From Dehalococcoidia bacterium (GTDB taxonomy: Bacteria; Chloroflexota; Dehalococcoidia; UBA2979), in contig OZ252250.1 in NCBI GenBank assembly GCA_965249675.1, forward strand, positions 2,823,687 through 2,887,686: a stretch of 64,000 nt of DNA, written 5' to 3'. How positions within the stretch are numbered: the stretch's first letter is position 1; every line of letters begins with the position of its first letter. The position numbers and the translations under genes are program-made. This document shows positions 26,274 through 35,704 of this stretch, piece after piece. Under the pieces are notes generated by a model, which was not told the origin of the DNA, ran no database searches, and worked only from the letters and a program-made list of their open reading frames with translations.

Positions 26274-28096
26274 GTGACGGCACGACCTCGTCTCCCGACC
26301 GCGCTCGCGCTGCTCTGTGCCGCATTCCTTGGGGCAGCGTGGCTGTCGCCCTGCAATTCAGCTGATACCCCGCAGTCGCCCACCCCGCCTGCGACACCGC
26401 CCTCGGACGCGGGCCGGCCGACGGTCGCCCCCACTCCGCCTGCCGTCACGGTCGCGGCTCCAGCGACCAGTCCCCCCGGGCCCGAAGAGGTATTGGTTTC
26501 GGTCCGGATCACAGGCGAGTGGGAGCTGGCGCGGGTTGAGGCGGCCCTCGGGCGAGCCCCGGGCTTCGGTCTCGTTGGCGGTGGCACGGCTGGCGGTGAG
26601 ACGGCTGACCTGGTGCTCTCGGACGAACCGCTCCTCGACGCCGAGCGGATCGTGCTCGCCCGCTGGGCCGCCGCCACCGACCAGCGCCGCGATGTGCTCG
26701 AACTGACGCATGACCAGGTCATGGAGGCGCTCACGGGAAAGGTCACCGACTGGGCGGAGTTCGGCGGTTCACCTCAACCGCTCGTCGCACTCCTGGCCGT
26801 CCCCGACGCGGGGCTGGTCGCTGCGGCATTCGGTATTCCGGCCCGGGAACTCGCCGTGACGCTCGTGCCCGAGACGGAGCTCCTCGATCGGGTCGCCGGG
26901 ACCCCGGGTGCGATCACCTTGCTGGAACCCGCGCGGCTGCGGCTAGGCGTGCTCGCACTGGTGGTCGATGGCCACGACCCCTACCGTGACCCGGCGAACG
27001 ACTCGCCACTGCGGGACGCCCGCTGGTTGGCCGGCGGCGACCCGGAGAGCGCGACCGAGTTGAGTGCCTTGCTCGGCTTCGAGCCGACCCCGGACTTCGA
27101 CCCGGCCGGCATGATCGCTACCGGTGAGCTGATACCGGCCCGCTGCTCGCATGCAGCGCTCCAGGCGATTGGTCGATTGGGTGCGATGTTCGACGGCACG
27201 GGCGACCTGATCGGGGCCGCGGACGTCGCCGTGTCGCCGCTCGAGGTCAGTCTCACCGACCGCTCACCACCCACACCCTGCGTCTCGACCTTCCGACTGC
27301 AGGGCCCGGCCGCGGCGGCGACGGCGATCGCAGACGCCGGGTTCGATGTCGTGATCACCGCCGGCAACCACGCGATGGACTGCGGGACGGCTGCTCGCCC
27401 GGGCTCGCACTGCTCGACACGCTCGACCACCTCCGGTCAGCGGGTCTCGTGACGACCGGTGCCGGGCCGGACCTCGAGGCGGCACGCACACCCGCTCTCT
27501 TCGTGGCCGAGACACTGAAGGGCCCCGTCACCTTCGCCTTCCTCGGATACGACTCGATTGCAGCCGCGTTCTACGGTGCCGGTCCCGGGACAGCCGGCAC
27601 GGCCCCACTCGACCCGGGCTCCGTCCGCAGCGATGTCACGGCGGCGCTCGCCCGCGCGGACCACGTGATCGTTGGCGCCGGCTGGGGCGTCGAGTACACG
27701 GCGGATCCGATCCCGTTCCAGACCGATACCGCGCTGGCCGCGGTCGCGAGCGGCGCCACGGTGGTGCTCGGGAACCACCCTCACTGGGTTCAGGCGGTCG
27801 AGCACTTCCCGGCGGGGACCCATCCCCAGCAGGACAGGGACGCCTTCGTCGCCTACTCCATGGGAAACTTTGTCTTCGATCAGGACTGGTCCGTCGAGAC
27901 CACAGAGGGGATGACGATCGAGCTTGGCTTCACGGCCGATCGGCTACTCGGCTATCGCATCCGTCCGGTCGTGATCCGAGGCACCGACGAGCTCGTGCGC
28001 GGCCTCTTCAGGCCCGAGTTCGTCGACCCGGCTGGCCGGGGGCGTCCGATCCTCGACCGAATCTGGGATGCCCAGGACCGGCTCAGCCCGCGTTAG
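26274..28096 (+). pseudogene. CapA/PGA_cap metallophosphatase-family exported protein with N-terminal PBP-like segment; one-base frameshift at ~27384 (possibly sequencing error)
   Basis: GNHAMD in ORF1; GAG, WGVEY, GNHPHWVQ, YSMGNFVFDQ in ORF2; adding one base at GGG (27384-27386) restores a continuous frame. Confidence 0.82.
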
Positions 28097-28214
28097 CCCG
28101 GGCGAGCCCCGTCCGGTCCGGCGAGCACACGGGCGCTATGGCGGCCTGCGATCGACAAGCGAACCAACGCCGGCTCTTCGCGGAAGTCTCCCGCCGAGAC
28201 CCGGAGGTTTCGGG

Positions 28215-29093
28215 TTAGCCAACCCGCTCGGAGCGGATGTTCTTGAGACGGTGCACGTTCTCAAGGTCAGGGCCGTCGGCCTTGCCTCCGTCATCGGGAG
28301 GGACGCCCGGCACCTCGAGGAGGAAGACCTTGCCGACGAACGCCGGATGGTCGAGCATCGCCCCGAAGCCATCGATCCCGATGAAGCCGTCGCCGATGTT
28401 CTCATGCCGATCGCGCAGCCCGCCCAGCGGCATCTTCGAGTCGTTGGCGTGGACGACCGCCAGCCTATCGGAACCGATCTCCGCCTCGAATGCGCGCATC
28501 GTCTCAGCGACACCGGCGGGGCTGGTGATGTCGTAGCCGGCGGCGAGCGTATGGCAGGTGTCCAGGCAGACCTGCAACCGCGCGGAGTTGACGCGCCCGA
28601 GCAACATCCCGAGCTCTGAGAACTCCTTGCCGATGGCGCCGCCCTGCCCGGCCGCGTTCTCGAGCGCCAGGATCGCCTCCCCCGGCGCCTCCTCGAGGAT
28701 GCGCACCAGCGACTCGGTCACCTGGTCTGCGACCGCCTCAATGCCCTGGCCCTTGTGGGAACCGGTGTGCAGCACCACGCCGCTGGCCCCCACCTGGTCT
28801 GCCACCGTGAGCGCATGCAGCACCGAAGAGACAGACTTCTCGAGATGATCGGTTGTCTCGGCGGCGAGGTTCGCGAGATAAATGTTATGTAGCCACACGG
28901 CGCCGATCGTCGACGCCGCGTGGAGCTCGCGGAACTTTGCGATCGCCTTCGGCTTGTGGCGGGTCTGACGCCACATCTGGGGCGCGCTCGGGAAGATCTG
29001 GATGGCCTCCGCCTCGATCGCCAGCCCGCGATCGATCGCCTTGAAGATGCCACCCGACGATGAGACGTGTGCGCCGACCGTGATCTCCGTCAA
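28215..29093 (-). CDS. nfo: Endonuclease IV
   Basis: VGAHVS, HTGS, LENAAGQG, CLDTCH, HANDSK, DRHENIG. Confidence 0.94.
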   Translation of the reverse strand: MTEITVGAHVSSSGGIFKAIDRGLAIEAEAIQIFPSAPQMWRQTRHKPKAIAKFRELHAASTIGAVWLHNIYLANLAAETTDHLEKSVSSVLHALTVADQVGASGVVLHTGSHKGQGIEAVADQVTESLVRILEEAPGEAILALENAAGQGGAIGKEFSELGMLLGRVNSARLQVCLDTCHTLAAGYDITSPAGVAETMRAFEAEIGSDRLAVVHANDSKMPLGGLRDRHENIGDGFIGIDGFGAMLDHPAFVGKVFLLEVPGVPPDDGGKADGPDLENVHRLKNIRSERVG

Positions 29094-29227
29094 GTGGTCC
29101 CCCTTGCGCTGCCCTCCACCCTAATGGGGGCCGTACCAAGAACCTAGAGCGAACTGGGAGACGAGTCTCGTCCCAGCAGCAGATGCCACGTAGACTCGCT
29201 GTCCCGGTGGGTTCGAAAGGGGCGCAG

Positions 29228-29740
29228 ATGCTGATCAGCGAGGAAATGGCGGCCGCACTCAGCAAGCAGGTCGGCGCGGAGTACTTCGCCGCCCTCCAGT
29301 ACGACATGGTGGCCGCCTACTTCGAGCGCCAGGCGCTTCCCGAGTTGACCGCCCTCTTCCGTGCCCAGGCCGATGAGGAGATCACACACGCGCAGCGGCT
29401 GATCGACTACATCAACGAGACGGGAGGCGTGCTTGCGATCCCGGCCATCCGCCAGGGTCGGGCCGACTTCGGCTCGATCGAGGAGGCCGTGCAAACGGTG
29501 CACGACAACGAACTGTCGGTCACCGAGACATTCAACAGGCTGATGGACCGCGCGATCGGAGAACATGACCACCTCGCCCGCGGAATGCTCCAGTGGTTCG
29601 TTGACGAGCAGCTTGAGGAGATGAGCCTGGTCGGCGACCTCCTGCAGGTGGTCCGGCGTGCCGGCGATGATCTCCACTACGTCGAGCAGTACGTCGCGAA
29701 GCTCCCCAAGGCTCCGGTTGCGGGGGCCGGGCCGGCCTGA
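29228..29740 (+). CDS. ftnA: Non-haem ferritin
   Basis: AEYFAALQY, QADEEITHA, WFVDEQLEE ferroxidase motifs. Confidence 0.88.
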   Translation: MLISEEMAAALSKQVGAEYFAALQYDMVAAYFERQALPELTALFRAQADEEITHAQRLIDYINETGGVLAIPAIRQGRADFGSIEEAVQTVHDNELSVTETFNRLMDRAIGEHDHLARGMLQWFVDEQLEEMSLVGDLLQVVRRAGDDLHYVEQYVAKLPKAPVAGAGPA

Positions 29741-29772
29741 GCGCCCGGATCGCTCCGCCGGCGATCACCGGC

Positions 29773-31749
29773 TCAAGTGTCCTGACGCCCGAGGGCCCGG
29801 GCGATGCGTTCCCAGGAGACCGACACTGCCAGGGCGAGCATTGCAACGACCGCCAGAATCAGACCGTTTCGCGCGATCCTGCCGACCACGGCGTCGGCGA
29901 CCCCCTCACCCAGCTCGAGCAGTTTGTTCACGAGAAGCTCGGAGGCGAGCGGGACTTTCGAGCCTGGATCGGTGACGAGCTCCGCGCGGATCGCGTCGAG
30001 CAGGGCCCCCGTCGCCGCCTGGTAGAGAGGACCCGAGACGAGCGCGATGAGGGCGGCTGAAGCAAGGAGCGCGGCTGCTCCCCATGAGATCCGCCCCCGC
30101 CAGCCCCTGCCACCGAGGAAGGCCACGAGCAACAGCAGCAGCGCTGCGGTCAACCCCGCCCCGAGCACGCCGCGCCCCAGGGCGTGGACCCACTGCCGGG
30201 CGCCATCCGCTCGGCCGTCCGACGGCTCGATCACGTAGCCGTCTGAGAAGAGGGAGCGGACATCCTCGATCAGGTCGGAGGCGTCTGGGTCGTCGGACAG
30301 GTCGGCGCGAAGATCAGCTTCGGTGTACGTCCAGCCCTCGGCAAAGAACTCCCGGAGGTCGTCGAGCCCGGCGAGCGCCTCTGGCCCACCATCTTCGGCG
30401 AGGGCATCGCGGAGACTGAGGTCGGTGTAACGCACCGTGTCCGGAACGTCGCTCAGAACCGACTCGCTGATCGAGGACGAGATCCTGGGAGCGGCGATCT
30501 CCACGATGTCCCCGGCCGCCACACCGGGCGGCATGCAGGCCGGCACCTCGCGCTCGATTGCCGCACGCGCGGTCTCCGCCTCCCCCACCGTCGAACAGGC
30601 GGGCAGGCTCGCGAGCGTGTCGCGGAGCGAGGAGACCGCCAGGGCGGACAGCGTCTCCGCCGCGTCCCGCTTGATGGGCGCAAGGTCGATCGCGACCGTG
30701 AACGCGGAAGACTGGCTGGTCACGTAGCTGCTGGCCGCGCGGGCCAACGCCGCCGCCTGCTCATCCACCCATCTTCGGGGCATCGCTCCCCTGACAGCGT
30801 CGAGGACCTCGTCGCTGGTCTCGGGCACTCCATACGGCAGCTCCACCAGGTCGTCGAGTTCTCTCCCTGCGACAGGTTCCACGACTGTCGTGTATGCGAG
30901 GTCGTAGGCGTCCGCCTGGGCGACGATCGCCTCGAGCTCGGCGGCTATCTGGGCGAGCTGGGCATCATCGAAGCCGACGTGCAGGGTGAGCCCGGCGGAC
31001 CGATCGGTGAGGTAGGCGGTGAGCGCGGCGGCCGCCTGCTCGACCTGACCGGCTACCCACTCTGCTGTCACAACGCGCCCGAACACCGTCGCCAGGTCAC
31101 CCCCGGGGCGATCGTCCCTTCCCCGCAGGAAGGCCGCCCACCCGGACCCTCGGGGCTGGGGCGTGAGCGCCTCGTCCACCCGCCCGGCGAAGATCGGCGC
31201 GAGTTCGCCATCAAGCAGGGACTCGTAGGCGCCGGATTCGCGCAAAAGCGTGGTCAGCTCGCCGACCAGGGCCCTCAGCCGCGCGCCCGCGTCAATCCTG
31301 ACCGGTGGGAGGTTCCCCTCTCCGCTGATGGAGGACCAGACTCGCGCGATCGCCGGGTCGGTGAGCCGAGCAAGTTCCTCAGGCGGCAGTGCACGTCCGA
31401 CCGCATCTGTGATCGCTACCGTGGTCAGCCCGGAGGTCACGAGCGGGTTCCCCTCCAGCTCGGAGTCGAAATCCTCGCCCTCGAGCCGCCGCGCGTCCTC
31501 GAGCAGCGCCGTCAGGAGATCGGTCGTGACGAAGCGATAGACGTCGGCTCGCTCGAGCTGTTCGGGGAGGAACTGGGGACGGTGGAGCGCCGAGTCGACC
31601 GCCTCGAGGGTGAGGGTTGCGGCCAGCAGCAGGGCGAAGACGAAGCCCGCGAGCACGGCGGCAGCCCGGCGGATCCAGATCCACACGTCGCTCCCGGGCG
31701 GGCGAGAGGCGCTGCCAGGGCCGGCGGCAACGTCGGGGCGACGGTCCAT
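29773..31749 (-). CDS. Hypothetical membrane protein (1 N-terminal and 3 C-terminal TM segments, repeated helical domain)
   Basis: 658-aa ORF with RBS, hydrophobic termini, internal sequence repeats. Confidence 0.75.
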   Translation of the reverse strand: MDRRPDVAAGPGSASRPPGSDVWIWIRRAAAVLAGFVFALLLAATLTLEAVDSALHRPQFLPEQLERADVYRFVTTDLLTALLEDARRLEGEDFDSELEGNPLVTSGLTTVAITDAVGRALPPEELARLTDPAIARVWSSISGEGNLPPVRIDAGARLRALVGELTTLLRESGAYESLLDGELAPIFAGRVDEALTPQPRGSGWAAFLRGRDDRPGGDLATVFGRVVTAEWVAGQVEQAAAALTAYLTDRSAGLTLHVGFDDAQLAQIAAELEAIVAQADAYDLAYTTVVEPVAGRELDDLVELPYGVPETSDEVLDAVRGAMPRRWVDEQAAALARAASSYVTSQSSAFTVAIDLAPIKRDAAETLSALAVSSLRDTLASLPACSTVGEAETARAAIEREVPACMPPGVAAGDIVEIAAPRISSSISESVLSDVPDTVRYTDLSLRDALAEDGGPEALAGLDDLREFFAEGWTYTEADLRADLSDDPDASDLIEDVRSLFSDGYVIEPSDGRADGARQWVHALGRGVLGAGLTAALLLLLVAFLGGRGWRGRISWGAAALLASAALIALVSGPLYQAATGALLDAIRAELVTDPGSKVPLASELLVNKLLELGEGVADAVVGRIARNGLILAVVAMLALAVSVSWERIARALGRQDT

Positions 31750-31769
31750 CGAAGAGATCCCTCCGCGGC

Positions 31770-32954
31770 TCAGAGCGAGTCGTAGACGGCGTCGATGAGA
31801 GCGATATTGCGTGGGTCTCGCCAGCTGCGGCCCGCCTGGTTGCAGACGTAACCGAACCCGAGGCGCTCGGTCGGATCAGCGAACCCGAGCAGGCCGCCGG
31901 CACCGTAGTGCCCGAAGGTCTGCGGATTCGGGCCGAGCGGACGGACACCGGGGATCGTGAGCTGGAAGCCCAGCCCGAAGCGTGTCGGCCGGCCGAGCAC
32001 TAGGTCGGTCCCGTCGGACTCGATCGCACGTGCCCGTTCCACGGTCTCCTCGTCGAGCACCCGGAATCCGTCGACCGCTCCCCCCGACGCCAGCGCGCCG
32101 AAGAGCCGCGCCATCCCACGCGCGTTCCCGTGTGGATTCGTAGAGGGGTACTCGGCCGCCCGCCAGGCGCGCGTGTTCACCCCCGTTGATCCGTCGTCCT
32201 TCGGCCGAGGGTTCCGGTAGGCGAGGTAGCGCCCCAGCTCAACGCCCCGGAGCGTCTCGGGGTCGGCCTCGAGCCAGGGCCGGCGGGCCGGGTCGGGGTC
32301 GCCGGTGTAGGGGATGATGTCGGCGACGCGATGGTCGTATTCGGGGCCGAAGCCGATCAGGAGCTCGATGCCGAGGGGGGCTGAGATCTCCTCGCGGAAG
32401 AAGGTCCCGAGGCTGCGGCCATCGACGCGCCGCACCACCTCGCCCGCGAGAAACCCGTAGGTGTTGGTGTGGTAGCCGTGCCCCGTACCGGGAGTCCACC
32501 AGGGCTCCTGGCGCGCCAACTCGCTCGTCATCAGGTTCCAGTCCAGGAAGGAGCCGGGCGGCAGCGGCCTGGCAACGGCAACGAGCCCCGCCTGGTGGGT
32601 GAGCAGCTGGCGAACCGGGAGGCGCTCCTTTCCGGCCTCGGCGAACTCCGGCCAGTAGCTGGCGACCGGCTCGTCGAGATCGACGAGACCGCGGTCGACG
32701 AGGCGCAGGAGGGCGACGGCCGTCATCGCCTTCCCCACCGAGTAGATGTTCATCAGCGCATCGCGTCCCCAGGGGCGCCGGCCATCGCGGTCGAGCGTTC
32801 CGCACCAGAGATCGACCACCGACTCGCCGTCGATCGTCACCGAGCAGGCGGCGCCAATGTCGCCGCGCTCAAGGAAGTTCTGCTCAAATGCCCGGCGCAC
32901 CACTCCCAGCCGCTCGTCGCAACGACCGTGGATCTCAGGCGGAGGCTGGCTCAT
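31770..32954 (-). CDS. Serine hydrolase, beta-lactamase/family VIII esterase
   Basis: SVGK (SxxK), LLTHQAGL, GYH, FGHYGAGG. Confidence 0.92.
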   Translation of the reverse strand: MSQPPPEIHGRCDERLGVVRRAFEQNFLERGDIGAACSVTIDGESVVDLWCGTLDRDGRRPWGRDALMNIYSVGKAMTAVALLRLVDRGLVDLDEPVASYWPEFAEAGKERLPVRQLLTHQAGLVAVARPLPPGSFLDWNLMTSELARQEPWWTPGTGHGYHTNTYGFLAGEVVRRVDGRSLGTFFREEISAPLGIELLIGFGPEYDHRVADIIPYTGDPDPARRPWLEADPETLRGVELGRYLAYRNPRPKDDGSTGVNTRAWRAAEYPSTNPHGNARGMARLFGALASGGAVDGFRVLDEETVERARAIESDGTDLVLGRPTRFGLGFQLTIPGVRPLGPNPQTFGHYGAGGLLGFADPTERLGFGYVCNQAGRSWRDPRNIALIDAVYDSL

Positions 32955-33029
32955 CTGCGCGCTGCCGATCCCGACCTGGCGGTGCCTGTGAGATGCTGGC
33001 GGTCATCCTAGCAATGGTGGGAGGACGAG

Positions 33030-33293
33030 GTGGACCCACTCGAACTCACCCCTGAGGGGCGCCGGCAGTGCCTGGAACGGATCGCGCGCTACTTCCGAGA
33101 GGAGCGCGGGGAGGAACTCGGCGATCTCGGCCAGCTTCTCATCTACGACTTCGTCAAGACCGAGATCGCACCGCTCTTCTACAATCGCGGGCTCGATGAG
33201 GCGACCAGGCGAGTCGAGCAACTGCTCGCTGGAGTCTCAGAGGATCTCGAGGCGTGGAAGCGATTCCCGCCGCCCCCTGGCCGACTGCGCTGA
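33030..33293 (+). CDS. DUF2164 family protein
   Basis: YFREERGEELGDL...DFVKTEIAPLFYNRGL.EA pattern; GGAGG RBS. Confidence 0.8.
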   Translation: MDPLELTPEGRRQCLERIARYFREERGEELGDLGQLLIYDFVKTEIAPLFYNRGLDEATRRVEQLLAGVSEDLEAWKRFPPPPGRLR

Positions 33294-33630
33294 CTGCAGG
33301 CCCAGGTCGGTGTGGCGGTCGGTGGGCTCCGCGAGCCGCGAACGCGACGTCCGCAGCACTCTACACAGCGGATCCGCCAGCAGAGAGTTGAGCCGCACTC
33401 CCCAGCGCGTCACCGCCAGCGGAGCGTCGTCGATGGGGGAGCGGCCGCATGCAGTGGCTGTAGAGTACATTGCTGGGGGTGTGATTGCCGACGCTGTCTC
33501 TCGCTGCTCGGCAATTCGACATCGCGCCCGCTCCCCCGGGGTGCTGTAGGTCTGCGAGTAACTCGCCAAGCGCTTGCAGCCAAGCAATGTAGGGGGAAGC
33601 CCGTGGGACTGCGGCCATTCGGTTCCGACC

Positions 33631-33738
33631 AGCAAGGACAAACCACTGACACTGATCAACGGGGCGCAGCTCCTGTCGCTGCTTGCTAAGCATGGGCACG
33701 AGGCGCGGATCGATCTGAGCGAAGCCCGGGAACAGTAG
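33631..33738 (+). pseudogene. C-terminal remnant of an Mrr-like restriction endonuclease
   Basis: SKDKPLTLINGAQLLSLLAKHGHEARIDLSEAREQ* resembles the Mrr_cat C-terminus; upstream frame closed by TAA at 33559 and no catalytic motifs seen. Confidence 0.55.
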
Positions 33739-34010
33739 TGGATGCCTGCAGTGCTTCACTCAGTCCACAGACACGATCTCAAGCGCCTCCGACGGGTCAG
33801 GATCAGCCCACACGCTCACGGAGCGTAGCCCTTCTTGATCCGCTCTGGCGCACCGCTGAACGGGCCGCTCGAGAAAGGTCCCACGCCTTGAGCGACCCAG
33901 GGAGCTGATCACCGCCACCGTGCCGTTCGGGCTCGAAGCGCGACCAGTCGAGGTCATCCCAGCAAGCTGCGTCGCGGCCTCGCCCATTTCCTCCGTGGTG
34001 CCCGCCCGTC

Positions 34011-35681
34011 CTATTGCGCCTGCGCGGCCCCAGCCAGCAACGAGCGGCCGATCACGCGCAGCTCGAGGACCGGCTTCACACCCTCGAAGATCGGCAGGAC
34101 CAGCGCGTCCACGACGTAGCGGGCGACCGGGTCCTCCTCCGAGTAGCCCCAACCACCGTGCAGGAGCTGAGCCTCACGCGAGACCTCGCCGGCGATATCA
34201 CAGGTCAGGAGCTTGGCCATCGACGGCTCAACCGCGCGCGTATCGAAGGTGCGCGCCGCCTGGTAGGTGAGCTGCCGACCGGCGGCGATCATCGCCGCCA
34301 TCCGCCCGATCTTGTACTGGGTCAGCTGAAAGTCGGCGAGGGTGGTCCCGAACTGGGTGCGCTGCGTGACGTACTGGCAGGCCTTCTCGAGCGCAGCCTG
34401 CGCCAGCCCACAGGCGCGACCACCGGTCTGCAGCCTGCCGGCGGCAAAGCCCCCCATCTGCAGGAAAAAGCCACGGCCCACCCCATCGTCGCCGCCCACC
34501 AGGTTGCTGTGGGGCACCCAGACGTCATCCAGCGCCAGCGTGAACGAGTGCATCCCGCGGTAGCCAGGGGTGGGGTTGGCACTGCCGGCGATGACGCCGC
34601 CCTCGGGCTGCTCGAAGCGCCACTCGTGGCCGTCGAACGGCGGCTTTTGGATGATGAAGAGCGAGAGACCACGATTCCCCGAACCTGGCCCCCCCGTGCG
34701 GGCAAGCAGCCCGAGCAGGGTGGCGCGGCCGGAGAACGTGCTCCAGGCCTTGGCTCCTGTGATCCGCCAGCCTCGCTCGCCCTCATGCTCGGCGGGCTCG
34801 GCGCGGCACTGGAGGCCCGCCACGTCGGAGCCGACATCTGGCTCGGTCACGGCGACCGCGCAGATCTCCTCGCCTGTGGCGATCCTCGGCAGCCAGTACT
34901 CCTTCTGTTCCATGGTGCCGCCGGCCAGGAGCGCCTTGGCGATGATTTCAGGACGTGTAGCGAGCGAGCCGGCGGCGGCCAGCGAAGCGGCCGAGAGCTC
35001 CTCGGTGATGACGATCATCGGCAAGTCGCCCATCCCGGTGCCGCCGAACTCCTCCGGGATCGAGGAACCGAAGAAGCCCTGTGCGCTGAAGGACTCGAGC
35101 AGCTCGTCGGGGACGAGCAGATCGCGACGGTGGATCTCCTGCGCGATCGGCTGGACCTCGTTTCGCGCGAACTCGCGAGCCATGTCGCGGGTGAGCGTCG
35201 CCACCTCATCCTCAAGGTCACAGTGGTTGGCTCCGAGCGAAGCGATCACGCCGGCGCCGAGGGCACGGATCCGCGCCTCATCCGACCCGGCGCGGACGAG
35301 CCTCTTGATCTCCGGTGCATCGAGCCGGGCGAGGTCACTCTCCCCGAGGCCGAAGTCGTCCCAGGCGCTGTCCAGCTGGGAGCGGAGCTCTCGTGCCACG
35401 TCGGCGGCATAGATGAGGGCGCACTCGGACGCCACCGTATCGTTCTGGCCACGCTCGCCGAGCCGTTCGGCGTAGCCCGTCTGCTCGTTCGCCGCTCGCA
35501 CCATTGTGGCCAGGTAGGCGAGCCGCTCGGTATGCACCTGATGGTCGTCGATGGTGCGGCCACCCTCTGTCACCTGGGCCGCATGGCTGAGCGCACGGTT
35601 GACGGTCTCCTGGCAGAGGTCCACGAGCTGGCGAGCGTCGGTTGAGAGAGCGGCGGGGCTGGTCGTCATCGGGGTCGTCAT
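34011..35681 (-). CDS. mcd: Acyl-CoA dehydrogenase, (2S)-methylsuccinyl-CoA dehydrogenase-like
   Basis: Long N-terminal extension, GSLATRPEI, TEPDVGSD, GYRGM, HGGWGY, IFEG; co-transcribed with mch. Confidence 0.75.
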   Translation of the reverse strand: MTTPMTTSPAALSTDARQLVDLCQETVNRALSHAAQVTEGGRTIDDHQVHTERLAYLATMVRAANEQTGYAERLGERGQNDTVASECALIYAADVARELRSQLDSAWDDFGLGESDLARLDAPEIKRLVRAGSDEARIRALGAGVIASLGANHCDLEDEVATLTRDMAREFARNEVQPIAQEIHRRDLLVPDELLESFSAQGFFGSSIPEEFGGTGMGDLPMIVITEELSAASLAAAGSLATRPEIIAKALLAGGTMEQKEYWLPRIATGEEICAVAVTEPDVGSDVAGLQCRAEPAEHEGERGWRITGAKAWSTFSGRATLLGLLARTGGPGSGNRGLSLFIIQKPPFDGHEWRFEQPEGGVIAGSANPTPGYRGMHSFTLALDDVWVPHSNLVGGDDGVGRGFFLQMGGFAAGRLQTGGRACGLAQAALEKACQYVTQRTQFGTTLADFQLTQYKIGRMAAMIAAGRQLTYQAARTFDTRAVEPSMAKLLTCDIAGEVSREAQLLHGGWGYSEEDPVARYVVDALVLPIFEGVKPVLELRVIGRSLLAGAAQAQ

Positions 35682-35704
35682 CGGGGTCGTCCTCCTCCTG
35701 GCCC

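Noticed and set aside
33760-33990. Minus-strand ORF after mcd (MGEAATQLAG...)
   Set aside because: Atypical codon usage and no recognisable motif; probably part of the decayed scar
35661-35691. 12-bp tandem repeat (GGGGTCGTCATC) at the mcd start
   Set aside because: Real, but it only duplicates the first codons (MTTP-MTTS), giving two possible starts; no evidence of function
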